Below are positions 59,094 to 64,000 of a DNA stretch of 64,000 nucleotides, in pieces. The translations under genes and the position numbers were made by a program. The number at the start of each line of letters is the position of its first letter. The stretch's first letter is position 1. The notes beneath the pieces are model-generated. The model was given only the letters and a program-made list of their open reading frames with translations. It was not told the DNA's origin and searched no databases. The stretch is from an uncultured bacterium (lineage in GTDB: Bacteria > Margulisbacteria > WOR-1 > CAVSGV01): contig CAVYHE010000007.1 in NCBI GenBank assembly GCA_963768305.1, positions 96,001 to 160,000 on the forward strand, written 5' to 3'.

Positions 59094-59831
59094 ATGAAAC
59101 TTAAAGGAAAGGTTGCTCTTGTGACCGGCTCCGCACAGGGAATAGGCAAATCAATAGCGGAAGCACTTGCAAAAGAAGGCGCGGACATTATCGTTTCTGA
59201 TATCAATATCGATACGGCGAATGTTACGGCTGGAGAGATCGCAAAGCTAGGAGTAAAAACCATCGCGACAAAAACCAATGTTGCGGACGCCGAAAGTGTA
59301 AAAGCCATGGTGGATGAATCGGTCAAGGCTTTCGGGAAGATAGATATTCTCATCAATAATGCCGGCATCACCAGGGACAACCTTCTTATCAGGATGAAGG
59401 ATGAAGACTGGGACGCCGTGCTCAACGTGAACTTGCGGTCCATGTTCCTTTGCATTAAGGCAACGGCCCCCTTGATGATGAAAAGCAGGTGGGGTAGAAT
59501 AGTTAATATAGCATCGATCGTAGGGGAGATGGGGAATTCCGGGCAGGTGAATTATTCGGCCGCAAAAGCCGGCGCTGTAGGGATGACAAAGACAGTCGCA
59601 AGGGAACTTGCATCCCGCGGCATCACATGTAATGCGGTCGCGCCCGGTTTCATTGATACTGCAATGACGCAAAAATTATCCGATGACGTTAAAAAACGGC
59701 TTAGCGAACAGATCCCGCTCACGCGCCTGGGAACACCGGACGATGTGGCAAAAGCCGTTTTATTTTTATGTACCGACGCGGATTATATTACCGGCCAGGT
59801 TATTAATGTAAATGGCGGCATGTACATGTAG
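59094..59831 (+). CDS. fabG: 3-oxoacyl-ACP reductase
   Basis: TGSAQGIG, NNAGITRD, YSAAK, PGFIDTAMT. Confidence 0.96.
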   Translation: MKLKGKVALVTGSAQGIGKSIAEALAKEGADIIVSDINIDTANVTAGEIAKLGVKTIATKTNVADAESVKAMVDESVKAFGKIDILINNAGITRDNLLIRMKDEDWDAVLNVNLRSMFLCIKATAPLMMKSRWGRIVNIASIVGEMGNSGQVNYSAAKAGAVGMTKTVARELASRGITCNAVAPGFIDTAMTQKLSDDVKKRLSEQIPLTRLGTPDDVAKAVLFLCTDADYITGQVINVNGGMYM

Positions 59832-59890
59832 TTTTTTGAAATTTGAATTTTGATTTTTTGATTTATTAAGGAGGGGGTGAGAACAAAAAA

Positions 59891-60136
59891 ATGGATGAAG
59901 CAAAAGTTTTTGATCAGGTGAAAAAGGTAGTTGTGGATCAGCTTGGCGTTTCAGAGGATGAAGTAAAAAGAGAGGCTTCTTTCGTTGACGATCTTGGGGC
60001 TGATTCTCTGGATACGGTGGAGCTGGTAATGGCGCTTGAAGAAGCTTTCGGGATGGAGATCCCGGATGAAGAAGCGGAAAAGATCAAAACGGTCGGGGAC
60101 ACTGTGAATTACGTAATGTCCCACGGTAAAAAGTAA
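59891..60136 (+). CDS. acpP: Acyl carrier protein
   Basis: [18 protein letters not shown]. Confidence 0.97.
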   Translation: MDEAKVFDQVKKVVVDQLGVSEDEVKREASFVDDLGADSLDTVELVMALEEAFGMEIPDEEAEKIKTVGDTVNYVMSHGKK

Positions 60137-60214
60137 GTATTATTCGAAAGTTCAAATTTCTTGCCCGGAGTATCCTTGTGGGATCCTGGCAAGTTAAGAT
60201 ATATGGAGGGAATT

Positions 60215-61174
60215 TTGAAGCTTCCTGAGTTAAAGATCGGCGACATGGTCGCGAAGATACCCATCGTCCAAGGCGGCATGGCGGTAAAGATATCGACCGG
60301 CCTTCTGGCCGGCACGATCGCCGCTGCCGGAGCTATTGGCGTTATCGGCGCTTCCGGTATGGACCTTACTGAATTAAGGCAGGAAATACGAAAGGCCAGA
60401 GAGATTGCCAAGGGCGGGCTCGTGGGAATTAACATCATGTTCGCCGCCAGGGAATTCCTTGGCGCGGTAAATACAGCGATAAGCGAAAAAATAAGTTTTA
60501 TCACCACCGGCGCCGGCTTCTCCAGGGATATCTTCAAGATCGGGAAAGAAACGAACACCCCCATTTTTCCGATAGTATCTTCCGCAAAGCTCGCGAAGAC
60601 AGCGGATAAATGCGGAGCCGCAGCTATAGTTGTTGAAGGAACTGAAGCTGGCGGCCATCTTGGAACGGACAGGTCCATTGAACTGATACTGCCTGAAGTC
60701 AGGGCCGTCACAAAGCTGCCGGTGATCGCCGCAGGAGGGATAACCGACGGTTGCGACATCGTGAAAATGTTCCGCCTTGGCGCCAACGGGGTCCAGATAG
60801 CGACCAGATTCGTCCTGACAAATGAGTGCGCGGCTGCGCCTGAATACAAGAAAGTATATCAGAACGCTAAAAAAGAGGATGTGGTTCTGATATCCAGCCC
60901 GGTCGGGATGCCCGGCCGCGCGATAAAAACAAAATTTGTCGAGCAGATCCTGAGCAAGACGGCTCCAAAGCCCATCGGCTGCGACTATTGCCTTAAAAAA
61001 TGCTCTCTTGAATACTGCATTGTCCAGGCCCTTATCAACGCCCAGCAGGGTAATGTCGAGGAAGGCATTGTTTTTTCGGGCGATCACGTCTGGAAAATAA
61101 AGGACAAGACGATCCGCCCTGCCGTGGAAGTGCTTAATATGCTTGTGAAAGAGGCTGAAGAATGCAAAAAATAA
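60215..61174 (+). CDS. FabK/FabX-like flavoprotein (nitronate monooxygenase family) with C-terminal Cys cluster
   Basis: PIVQGGMA, EGTEAGGH, IAAGGI, VQIATRF, SPVGMPGRAI, CDYCLKKC...YCI; SD GGAGG before TTG 60215. Confidence 0.85.
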   Translation: MKLPELKIGDMVAKIPIVQGGMAVKISTGLLAGTIAAAGAIGVIGASGMDLTELRQEIRKAREIAKGGLVGINIMFAAREFLGAVNTAISEKISFITTGAGFSRDIFKIGKETNTPIFPIVSSAKLAKTADKCGAAAIVVEGTEAGGHLGTDRSIELILPEVRAVTKLPVIAAGGITDGCDIVKMFRLGANGVQIATRFVLTNECAAAPEYKKVYQNAKKEDVVLISSPVGMPGRAIKTKFVEQILSKTAPKPIGCDYCLKKCSLEYCIVQALINAQQGNVEEGIVFSGDHVWKIKDKTIRPAVEVLNMLVKEAEECKK

Positions 61175-62406
61175 GGGTAGTTGTAACTGGGTTAGGATGC
61201 GTTACTCCTATAGGCACGGGAAAGGACGCCTTCTGGAGCAATTTGATAGCCGGAAAGTCCGGCGCGGGAAGGATAACCCATTTTGATCCTACGGATTTCG
61301 ATTGCCAGATAGCGGCAGAAGTGAAGGATTTTGATCCTTCTCTTTACATGGACAAGAAAGATTCAAGGCGCATCGTGCGGTTCATTCAGTTCGCAATAGC
61401 TGCGGCAAAGATAGCTCTTGCGGATTCAAAACTTGAGATAAATCCCTCTAATGCCGACCGCGCCGGGACATTAATCGGATCCGGTATAGGAGGAATAGCT
61501 TTTTTGGAAGAGCAGGCTAAAGTTATTCTTGAAAAAGGCCCCTCCAAATGCTCTCCTTTCATGGTCCCATGGATGATCACGAACATGGCTGCTGGTATGG
61601 TCTCTATATTTTTAGGCTTAAAAGGCCCGAACAGCTGCACGGTGACTGCTTGTGCGTCAGGGACCAATAGCATCGGTGATGCAGCAAGGATAATAGAGCA
61701 CGGCGATGCAGATATAATGATCTGCGGAGGAACCGAAGCTTCCATCACTCCGCTTGGCATCGCGGGTTTCTCTGCGGCAAAAGCGCTTACGACCAGGAAC
61801 AACGAGCCGGAAAAAGCTTCAAGGCCATTCGACAGGGACAGGAATGGTTTTCTTATGGGAGAAGGCTCCGGAATTGTCGTACTTGAATCGCTCGACCACG
61901 CAATGAAAAGAGGCGCGCATATTTACGCGGAAGTCGCCGGCTATGGGATGTCAGGTGATGCGTACCACATGACTGCGCCAGCACCGGACGGAAATGGAGC
62001 GGTAAGAGCCATGGCTCTTGCTTTAAAAGATGCCGGGTTTAGGCCGGAAGATATTGATCATATCAATGCTCACGGAACATCGACGGACCTTAACGACAAG
62101 TTCGAAACAATGGCGATCAAGAAGCTCTTCGGCGATCATGCGAAAAAAATAGCTGTCTGTTCGAACAAATCCATGATCGGGCATATGCTTGGCGCGGCCG
62201 GAGCTGTGGAATTTATTTCGATGGTAATGTCGCTTGTTCACGATATTGTGCCGCCGACGATAAACCTGGATAACCCGGATCCCGAATGCGACCTGGATTA
62301 TGTGCCTCACAAAGCTAGAAAAATGCCTGTTCGTGCTGCGATCTCGAATTCATTCGGATTTGGAGGGCACAACGCAGTAATTGCCGCCAAAAAATTTAAA
62401 ATCTAA
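61162..62406 (+). CDS. fabF: 3-oxoacyl-ACP synthase II
   Basis: TACASG, SRPFDRDRNGF, NAHGTST, GHMLGAAG, NSFGFGGHN. Confidence 0.97.
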   Translation: MQKIRVVVTGLGCVTPIGTGKDAFWSNLIAGKSGAGRITHFDPTDFDCQIAAEVKDFDPSLYMDKKDSRRIVRFIQFAIAAAKIALADSKLEINPSNADRAGTLIGSGIGGIAFLEEQAKVILEKGPSKCSPFMVPWMITNMAAGMVSIFLGLKGPNSCTVTACASGTNSIGDAARIIEHGDADIMICGGTEASITPLGIAGFSAAKALTTRNNEPEKASRPFDRDRNGFLMGEGSGIVVLESLDHAMKRGAHIYAEVAGYGMSGDAYHMTAPAPDGNGAVRAMALALKDAGFRPEDIDHINAHGTSTDLNDKFETMAIKKLFGDHAKKIAVCSNKSMIGHMLGAAGAVEFISMVMSLVHDIVPPTINLDNPDPECDLDYVPHKARKMPVRAAISNSFGFGGHNAVIAAKKFKI

Positions 62407-64000
62407 AGCTCTAGTTCGTGCGGGTATCACCGCAGCAGTATGCCTGTTTTTTGCGTTATTTTTTCGATCATCATCTTTCCCAGACAACACTACCTATCCT
62501 CAGATAAATATTTCCGGCTACAAAGATTATTCATACAACAGCCTGAATGTCGATGAAATGCAGAATTTGTTCACCGCGCAATCAATGCTGGGCGGGTATT
62601 ACACCGGCGCTCCGTGGCAGGAAAAGCTTCAGCTGCGGATCATCGGGAAGCTTAATGAAAAGCTTTCGGTGTCATATGACCTTGAACAAATGCCGGACAT
62701 GCCGGACAAATTTGACGTTAAAGTGGATTATGATAAGACCGAGCTGACGTTCGGTGATATTCAGGCGAATTTTTCTGAGAATGAATTTGTATCGGCTTCA
62801 AAAAGCCTGAACGGCGTCATGATCACATCAAAAGACAGCTGGTATAACCTGAATCTTGTCCCTTCTGCAAAAGAGCAAAGCCAAACTCAAAGCCTTGTAT
62901 CCCAAAGTGGGAACAACACAAAAGGCCCGTATAATCTGGGCCATGGGTCCATAATTGAAGATTCTGAAAGGATCGAATTGAACAATGTCCTTCTTTCCAA
63001 AGGGGCCGATTACACCATAGACTATTTTGGGGGGAGTATAACTTTTTCAAAGATCCTCACAACGAGTGATGTGTTCAAATATTCCTTTGAATATACTAAT
63101 CTGGTAAATCAGTTCTTCCCTTCGGTTTCACAGTTAAATTTCACAGGTTTGGAAGGGAATATTACCGTAAGCCCCGCGCTTTTTGGCGCACCAGGAATAA
63201 AAGCTGAAAGATCGATAAAGGAGGCTACTGATTATTTCCCGACTAATATAGATCTTTCTCTCCCTAAGCCGTCAAATGAAGCTCAAGCTGCTCCTAACGA
63301 GCTGGAAAGTACCGGCAATTACAGCCTGAAGAACACACCCGTTGTCCCATACAGCGAAAAACTGACACTTTCAGGCGTGCAGCTGAAAAAAGCAAAGGAC
63401 TATACCATAAACTACGATGACGGGACCATAACATTGCTCTCCCCTTCTCTCCCTACGGCGGCCGAACCGTTGACAGTTGAATATGAATATGTTGAAGTTG
63501 CCAATGCATCCGACACTCTTCTTGGCAATGGAAAAGGCCCTTACGCGCTTTCTTTCGGCAACGTGGCTCAGGGAAGTGAATCTGTTCTTGTAAGCGGCAC
63601 TCCTTATGTAAGGGACCTGGATTATAAAATTGATTATCAGAACGGAAAGCTCACGTTCTTTTCGTATATTCCCAGTACCGCGAATGTCGTCGTAAAATAC
63701 AAACATCTTGTAATAACGGCCCCGCCCCCGCCTCCGGCCCCGGAAACCCAAACAGCCCTGAACATTGGAGTAAGTTATTTGAAAGAATCCGGCCAAAGCG
63801 GAGCGTCAGCGCCCAGTACCGCGGTAACCGATACTTTCTCCGGGTCAAGCATTTTAAATCAAAGTGGAATTACTGATGATGCTACGGCATATCTGTCTTT
63901 CAGGCCTTTGACCACATCGGATGAGGTTACGGTCATGAAGAACAATCAAACTCTGACACAAGGTGTTCAATACTTCCTTCCCACAGTTATAGTTTATCCA
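62381..64000 (+). CDS. Large exported SprA-like outer-membrane protein (5' part, runs off the window)
   Basis: Hand translation shows an open frame from TTG 62381 to the end; hydrophobic N-terminus; LQLRIIGKLNEKLSVSYD, LTFGDIQANF; three copies of SExxxxxGxxxxxxxDYxIxYxxGxxT. Confidence 0.7.
   Translation, partial: MPPKNLKSKALVRAGITAAVCLFFALFFRSSSFPDNTTYPQINISGYKDYSYNSLNVDEMQNLFTAQSMLGGYYTGAPWQEKLQLRIIGKLNEKLSVSYDLEQMPDMPDKFDVKVDYDKTELTFGDIQANFSENEFVSASKSLNGVMITSKDSWYNLNLVPSAKEQSQTQSLVSQSGNNTKGPYNLGHGSIIEDSERIELNNVLLSKGADYTIDYFGGSITFSKILTTSDVFKYSFEYTNLVNQFFPSVSQLNFTGLEGNITVSPALFGAPGIKAERSIKEATDYFPTNIDLSLPKPSNEAQAAPNELESTGNYSLKNTPVVPYSEKLTLSGVQLKKAKDYTINYDDGTITLLSPSLPTAAEPLTVEYEYVEVANASDTLLGNGKGPYALSFGNVAQGSESVLVSGTPYVRDLDYKIDYQNGKLTFFSYIPSTANVVVKYKHLVITAPPPPPAPETQTALNIGVSYLKESGQSGASAPSTAVTDTFSGSSILNQSGITDDATAYLSFRPLTTSDEVTVMKNNQTLTQGVQYFLPTVIVYP

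Noticed and set aside
62547..63848. Short ORFs listed in the track after fabF
   Set aside because: They overlap the continuous plus-strand frame starting at 62381, which lacks a stop inside the window

Overview
Gene-dense bacterial chromosome segment with no rRNA, tRNA, CRISPR array or intact mobile element detected. The gene content suggests an anaerobic diderm, possibly a Saganbacteria/Margulisbacteria-like lineage; this is inference only. From left to right: (1) the 3' part of a group 4 membrane-bound [NiFe]-hydrogenase operon with AsrA/AsrB-like, truncated molybdopterin-oxidoreductase-like, ferredoxin and TPR subunits, running into hypA, a HydG-type radical SAM gene and a DAO-family flavoenzyme; (2) a Type IIG restriction-modification gene plus an AT-rich RxxxxH (HEPN-like) ORF; (3) pcrA, a lipoprotein, a TPR lytic transglycosylase, ruvB, pabB, hisB and larA; (4) a glycosylation cluster and cstA; (5) small accessory ORFs, comM, yraN, HU, rnhB and an rpsP-trmD-rplS operon without rimM; (6) aroC, an SMC with a strongly shortened hinge, secreted repeat/glycan-related proteins, metK and xerC/D; (7) a yceD-rpmF-plsX-fab operon that embeds an acyl-CoA dehydrogenase/EtfBA module and ends in a large SprA-like protein cut by the window edge. 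Four genes carry single-base frameshifts in short homopolymers, most likely assembly errors. Best novelty candidates: HydG plus a glycine-oxidase-like enzyme inside a [NiFe]-hydrogenase operon, the Bcd/Etf module inside the FAS-II operon, the mini-hinge SMC, and the SprA-like protein.
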